47,662 bases of DNA from an uncultured Verrucomicrobiota bacterium (lineage in GTDB: Bacteria; Verrucomicrobiota; Verrucomicrobiia; Limisphaerales; SXQI01), in contig CAZSXX010000001.1 of the NCBI GenBank assembly GCA_964611245.1, forward strand, positions 5,038-52,699. Reading direction: 5' to 3'. A program made the translations under genes and the position numbers. How positions within the stretch are numbered: position 1 is the stretch's first letter; the number at the start of each line of letters is the position of its first letter. Under the pieces are notes generated by a model, which was not told the DNA's origin, searched no databases, and saw nothing but the letters and a program-made list of their open reading frames with translations. Below are positions 9,001 through 17,302 of the stretch, piece by piece.

Positions 9001-11125
9001 TGCCGGCGGCGATTATGAGGGGCTCCTTGTGCTGGATCCGCGCAACCCAGGGTCCGGCTTGCGACGGATTCTCGTGGCGGGAAAGGTTTCCGCGGCGGCG
9101 GTCGAAGGCGGTTTCGCATGGATCGGAACGAGTGTGGCGGAGTTGCACCTGATGGACCTGTCGACCGGGCGGGTCTTGGACTCCGCTTACCTTTCCGCGC
9201 CTGCCTTCGACATTGCCCTCGATCAAGGCGTGGCCACGGTCGTGCTTAACCAAGATCTGCTCACGTTTGAGCAAGTCGGCGGGATGATCTTCCCGTTGGG
9301 CCAGGCGCCCCACGGCCTGTTCTTGGTGGATCCGGTGACGGGCCGCCGCCGGCTTTCGGTCGGCAATCAAACCGCCTACGCGAATTCCTATGCCGGATTC
9401 GGCCGGTACGACCTCTCGAACCCTCTTTCGCCGAGCCTGATTTCCCCCTGGCGGGAGGTCGCCGGATCCTTCAAGCAGATTCTGCCCACAGGCTCTGGGT
9501 TCGGCCTCGCGGTCGTTGGCGCGAATCCAAACGACAAAAATCCAGCCACCCACAACGTGCAACTCATCGACCTGCGGGACCCGCTGGTGAACAACAATGC
9601 CGGCGCGATCATCCGCACACCGGGGCTGGCCCGGGCCGCCTCGATCTACAACGGCCTCGCCTACGTCGCCGACAGCGCCGCCGGGCTTCAGATCGTCAAT
9701 TTCCTGGCCAGCGACACCGGCGGGATCCCCCCCACCATTTCACTGCGAACCTCCGCCGATGGAGGCAGGGCCGAGGAGGGCCACCTCTTGCGGTTGAGCG
9801 CCGCGGTGACGGACGACGTCATGGTCCGCGCCGTTGAGTTTTACCGGAATGGCGAACGGCTGGCGAGCGACGGGAATTTCCCGTTCGAGGTCGCTTTCCT
9901 GGCGCCCACCGCGACCGCGGCGAAATCGAATGTGGTCGTCCGCGCCCGCGCCATCGACACGGGCGGGCACGCCACGTGGAGCGAGGAACTGACGCTCGAA
10001 CTCACGCCGGACGCAACCGCTCCCCGGCTCGTGCGCACCCTGCCCGCCTCGGGGGCGCTCCAGCCGAGCATCACCTCGGTGTTGGCTCTGTTCAGCGAAT
10101 CGCTCGACCCCAAGACGGTCACCCAAACGGCCATCCAACTTCGCGGGGCCGGACCCGATGGGGTTTTTGGCAACGCGGACGACCTCTTGATTCAGGACGT
10201 TTCGTTCGACCTTCGCGCCGAGGTGCCCTCGGTCGCCGTCAACCTGCGCACGATCCTGGCTCCGGGCGCGTACCGGCTCACGTTCTCGCAGCTTCTGAAG
10301 GATCTGGCTGGCAATCCACTGGCGGCGGAAGTGAACGTTCAGGTCAGCATTTACGATGTCACTCTGGACACCGATGGGGATGGCCTCCCCGATGGGGTCG
10401 AATTGTTGCTGGGCCTGGACCCACTGAAGCTCGACTCCAACAATGACGGCATTCCCGACGGCAATGTGGACTCGGACGCCGATGGATTGCGAAATTCCTT
10501 TGAAATCGCTTATGGCCTCAATCCGCTCCTCCGCGACACCGACAGGAATGGAATCCTCGATGGGGACGAGGACCGGGATCAGGACGGTTTGCGCGAAAAA
10601 CGCGAGCAAGCTGCGGGCACAAATCCCCTCCAAGCCGACTCCGACGCCGATGGGTGGAGCGATGAATCCGAATTGACCGCGGGCAGCAATCCGCTTTCGC
10701 CCGCATCCAAGCCGTTCCTGGCCATCGTGGCCCTGCCGCCGATCGAGGTGATCGCCCCCCGCGTCACTTTCGGCCCGATCGGCCTGTTTGGGACCACGGT
10801 CGCGCAGCCGCCGGTCGAGATCATCGCGCCCCGGGTGGCTTTCGACAGAGGTGTTTCCTTTGGAACGACGGTGGCCCGGCCGCCCGTCGAGATTCTGGCG
10901 CCCCGCGTCACCTTCGGCGTGGACGGGTCGTTTGGGACCACGGTCGCGCAACCACCGGTCGAGATCCTCGCGCCCCAGGTGGTTTTCGGTGGTGACGTTT
11001 CCTTCGGGACGACGGTGGCCCGGCCGCCCGTCGAAATTCTCGCCCCCCGCGTCATTTTTGGACCAAATGGTTTCTTTGGAACCACCGTGGCCAACCCTCC
11101 GGTGACCGTCGAATTCTCCCAATGA
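6017..11125 (+). CDS. Giant secreted multidomain surface/adhesin-like protein (TSP3-like Ca-binding repeats, Ig-like and CarboxypepD_reg-like domains, LVIVD-like propeller, C-terminal tandem repeats)
   Basis: 1702 aa. Signal peptide 'LLPLFLVAAFQPARAQ'. Repeated D-x-D-x-DG-x-x-D motifs ('DTDNDGLADLAEF', 'DSDGDGIADGAE', 'DTDGDGLPDGVE', 'DSDADGWSDESE'). 'ISGRVF...PLPGVTVTVDG...TDAEGRFTLQNCPAGRFFVHIDG' is CarboxypepD_reg-like. Pro-rich linker and an 8-Cys module. LVIVD-like strings ('YEGLLVLD', 'AYVADSAAGLQIVNF'). Confidence 0.8.
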   Translation: MNFCRLGRMRNLLPLFLVAAFQPARAQFTVEGIEFRADGSLEVRFPADAGSYYRLLGGAEPSAIIAPVALGLTPPLLAPPGEGPMRFYRVQQVPRTLSIDSDGDQIPDFYELQHEFLNGLNSLDAAADPDGNGRTALQEYTDSLDDGKLVTISSTFPTAGEAGVSVNRETVLHFSAPIAANAEITSANFFAGFAGRKFLSRVELSSDRRKATLFYLEPIPGSTRISAVFDATGIKDRNGRDLDADGDGQPGGLHLLQFDTYSTTPIVNTAISGRVFASEPVPDGAGGVANRPLPGVTVTVDGAEETMRAVTDAEGRFTLQNCPAGRFFVHIDGRTSPLSSWPGGAYYPNVGKAWTALGGRADNLVPGDGIIYLPLIAAETLKPVSVTQDTEIRLAPSAIEANPALAGVKILVPANSLFDNDGKRGGMVGITIVDPARLPEPLPGGLVPTLVITVQSDGGQNFDRPVPACFPNLPNSDGFPLLPGARGALISFNHDTGKWETIGSATVSGDGKLVCTDPGVGIRQPGWHLITCPQPNNSPPKPPSPPFPPTSPNPTDPDRDNCHTVTDPGKKRNCDLTNDAEQAECQRARDAAHNACVEAGNSSGNCSGAFLDQQRDECVANAKSKRNKCVDGAVTTVCSSGAPSPLRPTEDAGPGRDETPAQRALALLDQITALRLGLAGAAPTGQELAALQALQAELNGITGPDSVAFWRAVAAAAGAEAARFDLYSWGAPPHAIYRAGFHLRSRLLVEFGSLKLAWQNFFQRELTEPFGQYQVFLPVSALRGMDGREATDSIRIDNWFYDARTRSVGRSSVNGISAAGLSAILPSFTLVPLRSRLGETAPLLPTIVNSTLGSINTEGQFHNAEAMADQINAAITALDGRDTDNDGLADLAEFIIGTDPRNPDSDGDGIADGAEIDQGTNPLDGRPAAVGVVGSVPVQGEAVDVAAFNDRAVMALRGGGIGVFDVAAERLGVLVARLDAPGEVRVVALSQEFAVAGGDYEGLLVLDPRNPGSGLRRILVAGKVSAAAVEGGFAWIGTSVAELHLMDLSTGRVLDSAYLSAPAFDIALDQGVATVVLNQDLLTFEQVGGMIFPLGQAPHGLFLVDPVTGRRRLSVGNQTAYANSYAGFGRYDLSNPLSPSLISPWREVAGSFKQILPTGSGFGLAVVGANPNDKNPATHNVQLIDLRDPLVNNNAGAIIRTPGLARAASIYNGLAYVADSAAGLQIVNFLASDTGGIPPTISLRTSADGGRAEEGHLLRLSAAVTDDVMVRAVEFYRNGERLASDGNFPFEVAFLAPTATAAKSNVVVRARAIDTGGHATWSEELTLELTPDATAPRLVRTLPASGALQPSITSVLALFSESLDPKTVTQTAIQLRGAGPDGVFGNADDLLIQDVSFDLRAEVPSVAVNLRTILAPGAYRLTFSQLLKDLAGNPLAAEVNVQVSIYDVTLDTDGDGLPDGVELLLGLDPLKLDSNNDGIPDGNVDSDADGLRNSFEIAYGLNPLLRDTDRNGILDGDEDRDQDGLREKREQAAGTNPLQADSDADGWSDESELTAGSNPLSPASKPFLAIVALPPIEVIAPRVTFGPIGLFGTTVAQPPVEIIAPRVAFDRGVSFGTTVARPPVEILAPRVTFGVDGSFGTTVAQPPVEILAPQVVFGGDVSFGTTVARPPVEILAPRVIFGPNGFFGTTVANPPVTVEFSQ
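10736..11122 (+). repeat. In-frame 72-nt (24-aa) tandem repeat, about 5.4 copies, at the C-terminus of the giant protein
   Basis: Units: 'PPIEVIAPRVTFGPIGLFGTTVAQ', 'PPVEIIAPRVAFDRGVSFGTTVAR', 'PPVEILAPRVTFGVDGSFGTTVAQ', 'PPVEILAPQVVFGGDVSFGTTVAR', 'PPVEILAPRVIFGPNGFFGTTVAN', then partial 'PPVTVEFSQ' followed by the stop. Confidence 0.9.
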
Positions 11126-11140
11126 CCGCCCTTTACATCT

Positions 11141-12325
11141 ATGACTATGAATAATATGAAAAAACGACTCCTGATGGCTCTGATGGGCGCGGCGGCTTTG
11201 GCCACCGCGCGAGGCCAGGGTTTCGACACTGGCAGCACCGGCGCCCTTGGACCCTTGGTGGTCGCCGACGCCAACGTCACCGTGACCCTGCCGCCGGACG
11301 GACGCCTCCATTACACCACCATCACGGTGGCCGCGGGGCGCACGTTGCGATTTGCGCGGAACGAGCTCAACACCCCAGTCATGCTGCTGGCGCAGGGGGA
11401 TGTTGTGGTGGATGGAACGATTGACGTCTCGGGCTCGGCGGGTCCAGGTAACCCTCCGATTGGCGGAATCGCGGGGCCGGGCGGCTTTGACGGTGGCAAG
11501 CCGGGGTTTGGGGATGGTTTCCCGCCGGGCGACGGCTACGGCCCAGGCGGGGGCGGGGGCGGGTCGGCCAACCAAGCCAGCAGCGGCGCCGGTGGCGGAG
11601 GCTATGGCACAGCCTCTGGCGGAGGCGGATCCATCGGCCACGGGTTGGCCTATGGAAGCCCACTGCTGATTCCTTTGATCGGAGGCTCCGGTGGCGGGGG
11701 CCAGGAGGGATTTCCCGGGGGCGGCGGCGGCGGCGGCGGGGGAGCGATCCTCGTCGCATCAAACAGCAGAATCCGCGTGGCCGGCACGGGCAGCATTATT
11801 TCCAGAGGAGGGAGTTGGAGAGGCGGAGCGCTGAACGCAGGCAGCGGTGGGGGCATACGTCTGCTGGCGCCAACAGTCGAAGGGTCCGGCAGCGTTGACG
11901 TGACACCTTCGGGGGCAGGCGGCGGCGCCGGACGAATCCGCATTGATTCACTGGACAAGACATCTCTTCAACTCGGTTTCAACCCGTTGGCCCAGACCAC
12001 CGTCGGCGCGAACATGTTTGTTGAACCGGATGTGGTCCCCCGGCTTGACGTCACCCAGGCCGCCGGCCAACCCATCGCCATTGGCGCGGGCGCGACCGTG
12101 CGAATTCTCCTGCCATTTGGGTCGGACACGAACCGCACCATCACTCTCCGGGCCCAGGATTTTCGGACGGACGTGCCCATTCGGGTCACGCTCACCCCGG
12201 ACAGCGGCCCGCGGATTGTCGTCGACACCAACATCGTCAACACCGCCGTCAACCCCGCCACGCTGGAGGTGCCCCTCGGCCTGCCGGCCAACACGTTGGT
12301 GACGATTCAAGCGTGGACCCGCTGA
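11141..12325 (+). CDS. Secreted glycine-rich repeat protein, predicted beta-helical (hypothetical)
   Basis: 394 aa. Signal peptide 'KKRLLMALMGAAALATARGQG'. Very Gly-rich core ('GPGGGGGGSANQASSGAGGGGYGTASGGGGS', 'GGSGGGGQEGFPGGGGGGGGGAILVAS') interleaved with short beta-strand-like segments ('IRVAGTGSIISRGG', 'GGIRLLAPTVEGSGSVDV', 'GRIRIDS'). Starts 15 nt after the giant gene. Confidence 0.65.
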   Translation: MTMNNMKKRLLMALMGAAALATARGQGFDTGSTGALGPLVVADANVTVTLPPDGRLHYTTITVAAGRTLRFARNELNTPVMLLAQGDVVVDGTIDVSGSAGPGNPPIGGIAGPGGFDGGKPGFGDGFPPGDGYGPGGGGGGSANQASSGAGGGGYGTASGGGGSIGHGLAYGSPLLIPLIGGSGGGGQEGFPGGGGGGGGGAILVASNSRIRVAGTGSIISRGGSWRGGALNAGSGGGIRLLAPTVEGSGSVDVTPSGAGGGAGRIRIDSLDKTSLQLGFNPLAQTTVGANMFVEPDVVPRLDVTQAAGQPIAIGAGATVRILLPFGSDTNRTITLRAQDFRTDVPIRVTLTPDSGPRIVVDTNIVNTAVNPATLEVPLGLPANTLVTIQAWTR

Positions 12326-12329
12326 TCCA

Positions 12330-13571
12330 ATGAAAGCGCCCAGCCTCCTACTCGCCTTGGCAGTGGGGGCGTTCCTGCAGGCGCGCGCCAACCCAGTGTT
12401 GGAGTGGAACGCGCTGGTGGTCGACGCCATCCGCGTGGACAACAGCGGACCGAACCTGAGCAGCCGCAATTTGGCCATCCTCCATGCCGCCGTTTTTGAC
12501 GCGGTCAACAGCGTGCGGAGAACCCATCAACCGCACCGCTCCCAACTCCCCTCCCCGGGCGAAGTTTCCCTGGAGGCGGCGGTGGTCGGCGCAAGCCACG
12601 AAGTGGCCCGGCGGCTTTATCCCGTGTTTGCGGCCAAGGCGGACGCCCTGCGCGGCCGGTTCGTCCAGTCCCACGCGGCGGGCCCCCCGCTAGTCAATGG
12701 CCTCGCCTTGGGAAAGCGGGTGGCGGAACTTGCGCTGCGCGACCGGGAGGACGACGGCATGGCGACGGAAACCCATTACATCCCGAGCGCGGAGCCAGGC
12801 CAGTGGCGCCGAACCGGCCCGCATTTCCGGCCCCCCTCCACACCGCATTGGCGGAACGTCCGCCTGTTCGCCCTGCCGGACAAGGATTCATTCCTTCCTC
12901 CGCCGCCGCCCCGACTGGACAGCCCGGAATACGCAGCCGCGTTCAACGAGGTCAAAACTCTTGGCTCCAAAAACAGTCCGGTTCGGACGCCCGATCAAAC
13001 GCAGGCCGCCCATTTCTGGGCGGACTTCAGCCACACCTCGATGCCGCCCGGGCATTGGCACCAAATCGCGGCCTCCATCTGCCGGGAGAGGAAAACGCCC
13101 CTCGCCGAAACCGCCCGCCTGTTCGCGCTGCTGAGCATCGCGCAAGCCGACGCCGCGATTGTCTGCTGGGAGGCGAAATATCGATCCAACCTCTGGCGGC
13201 CCGTGACCGCGATCCAGCGCGGCGACGACGATGGGAATCCGGCGACCGCCCAGGATGAAAAATGGGATTCCCTGCTCGCGGCCCCGCCGTTCCCCGCCCA
13301 CGTGAGCGGACACAGCGTTTTCAGCGGCGCCAGCGCGACGGTCCTGGCCCGCTTTTTTGGAACGGATGACCTCGCGTTCACCGCCACGTCGGACACGTTG
13401 CCTGGCGTTCAGCGGCATTTCTCCAGCTTCACCGCCTGCGCGGATGAAATCGGCCTGAGCCGCATTTACGGCGGAATCCACTTCGCCTTCGACAACATTG
13501 AGGGCAAGGCGGCCGGCGCGCGGATCGGCGAACACATTTCGCACAACATCCTCCAACGGGTCTCCGAATAG
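12330..13571 (+). CDS. Secreted PAP2-superfamily protein, vanadium-dependent haloperoxidase/acid-phosphatase-like
   Basis: 413 aa. Signal peptide 'LLLALAVGAFLQARANP'. 'NPVLEWNALVVDAIR...RNLAILHAAVFDAVNS'. C-terminal PAP2-type motifs 'PFPAHVSGHSVFSGASA' and 'SRIYGGIHFAFD'. Confidence 0.75.
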   Translation: MKAPSLLLALAVGAFLQARANPVLEWNALVVDAIRVDNSGPNLSSRNLAILHAAVFDAVNSVRRTHQPHRSQLPSPGEVSLEAAVVGASHEVARRLYPVFAAKADALRGRFVQSHAAGPPLVNGLALGKRVAELALRDREDDGMATETHYIPSAEPGQWRRTGPHFRPPSTPHWRNVRLFALPDKDSFLPPPPPRLDSPEYAAAFNEVKTLGSKNSPVRTPDQTQAAHFWADFSHTSMPPGHWHQIAASICRERKTPLAETARLFALLSIAQADAAIVCWEAKYRSNLWRPVTAIQRGDDDGNPATAQDEKWDSLLAAPPFPAHVSGHSVFSGASATVLARFFGTDDLAFTATSDTLPGVQRHFSSFTACADEIGLSRIYGGIHFAFDNIEGKAAGARIGEHISHNILQRVSE

Positions 13572-13644
13572 CCAACCCGCGTTCCCTCCCCGGCGCAATC
13601 GCCTTGACCCGCCCCGTCGGCCCAGCATTCTCTCGTCCTCAAGA

Positions 13645-14802
13645 ATGAGCGTCGCGATCCATCAGTTGCGGGCTGGAGTCATCGGCTCCGGTTTCATTGG
13701 CCCAGTCCATATTGAGGCGCTGCAACGCCTCGGCGTGCGGGTCACCGCCATCGCCGGGTCGGAGCGCGCGAAGGAGGTCGCCGCAAAGTGGAACATTCCA
13801 AACGTCCATTTGAACTACGACCACCGGGCGCTGATCCAGTCGCCGGAGGTGGACGTTGTCCACATCACCTCCCCTAACAAGGAGCACGCGCCCCAAGCCT
13901 TGGAGGCATTGCGCGCGGGCAAGCATGTGGTGTGCGAAAAGCCGCTCTCGATGACCGCCCGCGAATCCGCCGCCCTCGTCAAGGAATGCGCGCGCCGGCC
14001 CAAACAAATATTCGCGGTCAATTACAACGTGCGCTTCTACCCCGCCGTCCTGCAGATGCGCGCCGACATCGCCGCCGGGCGCCTCGGCCGGATCATCCAT
14101 GTGCAGGGCTCATATTTCCAGGACTGGCTGCTCAAGCCCGAGGATTTCAATTGGCGCCTGTTGCCGAGCGAAGGTGGAAAGCTTCGCGCGGTGTCCGACA
14201 TCGGCACGCACTGGATGGACACCGTCTCGTTCATCCTTCAGGCGCCCATCGCCTCCGTGTTTGCGCGGTTGGGCATCGCGCACCCGACCCGCATGCGGCC
14301 CCCGGGTCCGGTGCAGACGTTCACCAAGGTGAAATCGACCAAAGGATGGAAGCGTTACCCGGTTGAGACGGATGATTATTCGAGCCTGTTGCTGGAGTGG
14401 GCGAACGGCGTGCATGGCAACGCCTCCGTCTCGCAGGTGGCCGCCGGCCGCAAAAACTCCATCCGCATGGAAATTTACGGCACGGAGGGCTCCGTCTCCT
14501 GGGGGAGCGAGGAGCCGAACACGCTGCAATATGGTTCTCGCGACCACGCGAATGGCGTCTCGCACCGCGCCTGCCCAGGTTTTGCCGAGGACGTGTCGGG
14601 CTTCGCCGATTATCCGCCGGGCCATGCGGAGGGCTTCCCCGACTCGTTCAAAATGCTTTATCGGGCGGTTTACCGCGACATCGCGGTGGGCAAAATCCCC
14701 GGCGCCCCGCTCTACGCCACCGCCCGCGATGGGCACCACGAAATAGAGGTGTGCGAAGCGATCTTGAAAAGCAACGCCTCCAAAAAATGGGTGAATCTAT
14801 GA
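13645..14802 (+). CDS. Gfo/Idh/MocA-family NAD(P)-dependent oxidoreductase
   Basis: The track ORF starts at 13498, but the Rossmann N-terminus 'MSVAIHQLRAGVIGSGFIGPVHIEAL' begins at ATG 13645. 'VVHITSPNKEHAPQALEALRAGKHVVCEKPL' is typical of the family. Confidence 0.88.
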   Translation: MSVAIHQLRAGVIGSGFIGPVHIEALQRLGVRVTAIAGSERAKEVAAKWNIPNVHLNYDHRALIQSPEVDVVHITSPNKEHAPQALEALRAGKHVVCEKPLSMTARESAALVKECARRPKQIFAVNYNVRFYPAVLQMRADIAAGRLGRIIHVQGSYFQDWLLKPEDFNWRLLPSEGGKLRAVSDIGTHWMDTVSFILQAPIASVFARLGIAHPTRMRPPGPVQTFTKVKSTKGWKRYPVETDDYSSLLLEWANGVHGNASVSQVAAGRKNSIRMEIYGTEGSVSWGSEEPNTLQYGSRDHANGVSHRACPGFAEDVSGFADYPPGHAEGFPDSFKMLYRAVYRDIAVGKIPGAPLYATARDGHHEIEVCEAILKSNASKKWVNL

Positions 14803-15716
14803 AGCTTGGTTTCGTGTCCGCCATCCTGCCCGAATGGTCCCTGGAGGAGGTCCTCGAGTTCGCCGCCGCGGAGGGATTCTCGTGCGTCGAAGTCATGTGC
14901 TGGCCCCCCGGGAAGGCCGAGCGCCGTTACGCGGGCATCACCCACATCGACGTCACCTCGTTGAATAAAACGCGCGCGGCGGAGATCAACCAGCTTTGCG
15001 AAAAATACGGCGTGGAGATCAGCGGCCTGGGCTATTACCCGAACCCGCTCGATCCGGATGCGCGCGCCTCCACCGCCGTGGTGGCGCATTTGAAGGCGGT
15101 GATCCGCGCCGCGCCCATGCTAGGCCTCAAGAATGTCAACACGTTCGTCGGGCGCGACTGGCGGCAAAGCGTTGAGCAAAACTGGCCGCGTTTCCTGAAA
15201 ATCTGGAAGCCAATCGTCGCCCTGGCCGAGAAGTCCGGAGTGAGGATCGGCATCGAAAACTGCGCCATGCTGTATTCCGCCGACGAATGGCCCGGCGGCA
15301 AGAACCTGGCCATGTGCCCCGCGATCTGGCGGCGGATGTTCGCGGACATCCCGTCGGATTCCTTCGGCCTGAATTACGACCCGTCGCATCCCTTGTTGCT
15401 GCGCTTCGACCCGATCGAGCCACTGCGCGAATTCCGGCACAAGCTTTTCCACATCCACGCCAAGGACATTCGCATCGACCAGAAGGCGGCCAACGACTGG
15501 GGGATCATGGCCCTGCCCAAAGCCTATCACCAGCCGCGCATTCCCGGCTTTGGCCAGCTCGATTGGGCCCACTTCATGGGCACGCTGTTGGAGGTCGGCT
15601 ACGACGGGCCGGTCTGCATCGAAGTCGAGGACGACACGTTCGGGAAAACACTCGAAGGACGCCAAAACGCCCTGCGGGTCGCGCGCAATGTTTTGAGGCC
15701 GTATTTTCCGTGCTAA
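14799..15716 (+). CDS. Sugar phosphate isomerase/epimerase (xylose-isomerase-like TIM barrel)
   Basis: The real start is ATG 14799, an ATGA overlap with the upstream stop. 'MKLGFVSAILPEWSLEEVLEFAAAEGFSCVEV', 'GVRIGIENC', 'NYDPSH', 'HIHAKD' and 'CIEVED' are metal-ligand-type motifs of the family. The 14397 start in the track is an out-of-context extension. Confidence 0.85.
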   Translation: MKLGFVSAILPEWSLEEVLEFAAAEGFSCVEVMCWPPGKAERRYAGITHIDVTSLNKTRAAEINQLCEKYGVEISGLGYYPNPLDPDARASTAVVAHLKAVIRAAPMLGLKNVNTFVGRDWRQSVEQNWPRFLKIWKPIVALAEKSGVRIGIENCAMLYSADEWPGGKNLAMCPAIWRRMFADIPSDSFGLNYDPSHPLLLRFDPIEPLREFRHKLFHIHAKDIRIDQKAANDWGIMALPKAYHQPRIPGFGQLDWAHFMGTLLEVGYDGPVCIEVEDDTFGKTLEGRQNALRVARNVLRPYFPC

Positions 15717-15748
15717 TTCGGCCGATCATCTGCTAAAAGGGGGCCACC

Positions 15749-17275
15749 ATGAAAACTGCCAAAATCCCTTCCGCAGGCGTCCGCCCACAGCCATCTCCTA
15801 CGAAGAACGGGTCCGCGCGGCCCGCTTGGGTGCGCAAGCCCAAGCGCATGTTGATCAATGGCGAATGGCTCCCCGCCGTCACCGGCGAAGTTTTCCCAAC
15901 CTTGGACCCATCCACCGGCGAGGTGATCGCCCATATCCCGGCGGGCGACCGCCAGGATGTTGACCGCGCGGTCAACGCCGCGCGGGCCGCCTTCAACTCC
16001 GATGCGTGGCGGCTGATGTCTCCCTCGCAGCGTGGCCGGCTGCTCTGGAAACTGGCCGACCTGCTTGAAGCCCACCTCGAGGAGTTCGCCGCCCTCGAGT
16101 CCCTCGACAATGGCAAGCCCCTTGCCGTCGCGCGCGTTGCGGACCTGCCCCTCGCCGTGGACCTTTTCCGCTACATGGCCGGGTGGACGACAAAGATCCA
16201 CGGCCGCACCTTCCCGATCTCCACCCCCGGCGCGCAATTCTTCACCTACACCCAACGCGAGCCGATCGGCGTGGTGGGCCAGATCATTCCCTGGAATTTC
16301 CCGCTGTTGATGGCCGCGTGGAAGCTCGGGCCCGCGCTGGCGACGGGCTGCACGGTGGTGCTCAAGCCCGCGGAACAAACGCCGCTCTCCGCGTTGCGCC
16401 TTGGCGAGCTGATCCAGGAAGCAGGCTTTCCCCCGGGCGTGGTGAACATCGTCACCGGCTTGGGCGAAACCGCGGGCGCCGCCTTGGCCGCGCACCCGGG
16501 CGTGGACAAAATCGCGTTCACCGGCTCCACCGAAGTCGGCAAGCTGATCGTCAAAGCGGCCGCCAACGACCTAAAAAAGGTCTCCCTGGAATTGGGCGGC
16601 AAATCGCCGAACATCATCATGGACGACGCGGACCTCGCCTCCGCCATTCCCGGCGCCGCCAGCGCGATCTTCTTCAACCATGGCCAGTGCTGCTGCGCGG
16701 GCTCGCGGCTGTACGTCCACAAAAAGCATTTCAACAAGGTCGTTGATGGCATCGCGGAGGCGGCCAGCAAGATCAAAATTGGACCCGGACACGCCCCAGA
16801 CACCGAGATGGGACCGCTGGTTTCCGAGGAGCAGCTCAACCGCGTGATGGGCTACCTTCAATCCGGCCAAAGCGAAGGCGCCCGCGCCGTGGTTGGCGGC
16901 GGGCGCTCGGGGGACCGCGGTTATTTTGTGCAGCCGACAGTGCTCGTTGACGCAAAGCCCGGCATGAAAGTCATGGACGAAGAGATTTTCGGCCCGGTGG
17001 TCTGCGCCACGCCGTTCAAGGAAGTCGAGGAAATCGTCGCCGCCGCCAACAACAACATCTACGGCCTGGCCGCCGCCGTGTGGACCAAGGACGTCTCCCG
17101 CGCCCACCGGATTGCCGGCGGCCTGCGCGCCGGCACGGTCTGGGTCAATTGCTACAACATTTTCGACGCCTCGATGCCGTTCGGCGGGTACAAACAGTCC
17201 GGCTGGGGCCGCGAAATGGGCGAGGAGGCGCTGCACCTATACACTGAGACAAAAGCCGTCTGCATCCGGCTGTAG
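15749..17275 (+). CDS. NAD(P)-dependent aldehyde dehydrogenase
   Basis: 508 aa. 'GQIIPWNFPLLMAAWKLGPALATGCTVVLKPAEQTP', 'FTGSTEVGK', 'LELGGKSP' and catalytic 'FFNHGQCCCAGSR'. Confidence 0.93.
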   Translation: MKTAKIPSAGVRPQPSPTKNGSARPAWVRKPKRMLINGEWLPAVTGEVFPTLDPSTGEVIAHIPAGDRQDVDRAVNAARAAFNSDAWRLMSPSQRGRLLWKLADLLEAHLEEFAALESLDNGKPLAVARVADLPLAVDLFRYMAGWTTKIHGRTFPISTPGAQFFTYTQREPIGVVGQIIPWNFPLLMAAWKLGPALATGCTVVLKPAEQTPLSALRLGELIQEAGFPPGVVNIVTGLGETAGAALAAHPGVDKIAFTGSTEVGKLIVKAAANDLKKVSLELGGKSPNIIMDDADLASAIPGAASAIFFNHGQCCCAGSRLYVHKKHFNKVVDGIAEAASKIKIGPGHAPDTEMGPLVSEEQLNRVMGYLQSGQSEGARAVVGGGRSGDRGYFVQPTVLVDAKPGMKVMDEEIFGPVVCATPFKEVEEIVAAANNNIYGLAAAVWTKDVSRAHRIAGGLRAGTVWVNCYNIFDASMPFGGYKQSGWGREMGEEALHLYTETKAVCIRL

Positions 17276-17302
17276 CCCACACGCGGCTCGGCCGCCTGAT
17301 TT

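Noticed and set aside
10579-11280. Minus-strand ORF with its own repeat ('ISTGG(R/C)ATVVPK...').
   Set aside because: It is the reverse-complement image of the 72-nt tandem repeat in the giant protein gene. The plus-strand frame is continuous with a 1700-aa multidomain protein.
11717-11742. The (GGC)6 / G-run tract as a phase-variation (on/off) switch.
   Set aside because: It is a triplet repeat, so slippage stays in frame. It can only change the poly-Gly length and cannot switch expression.
13498-13644. N-terminal extensions of track ORFs: 13498, 14397, 22254, 23360, 28306, 29031, 33716, 35008, 45525, 46623 and 47414.
   Set aside because: The extensions are Arg/Pro-rich, overlap the preceding gene and precede canonical domain N-termini. 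Internal ATG or GTG starts give tidy ATGA or short-gap junctions with the upstream stop.
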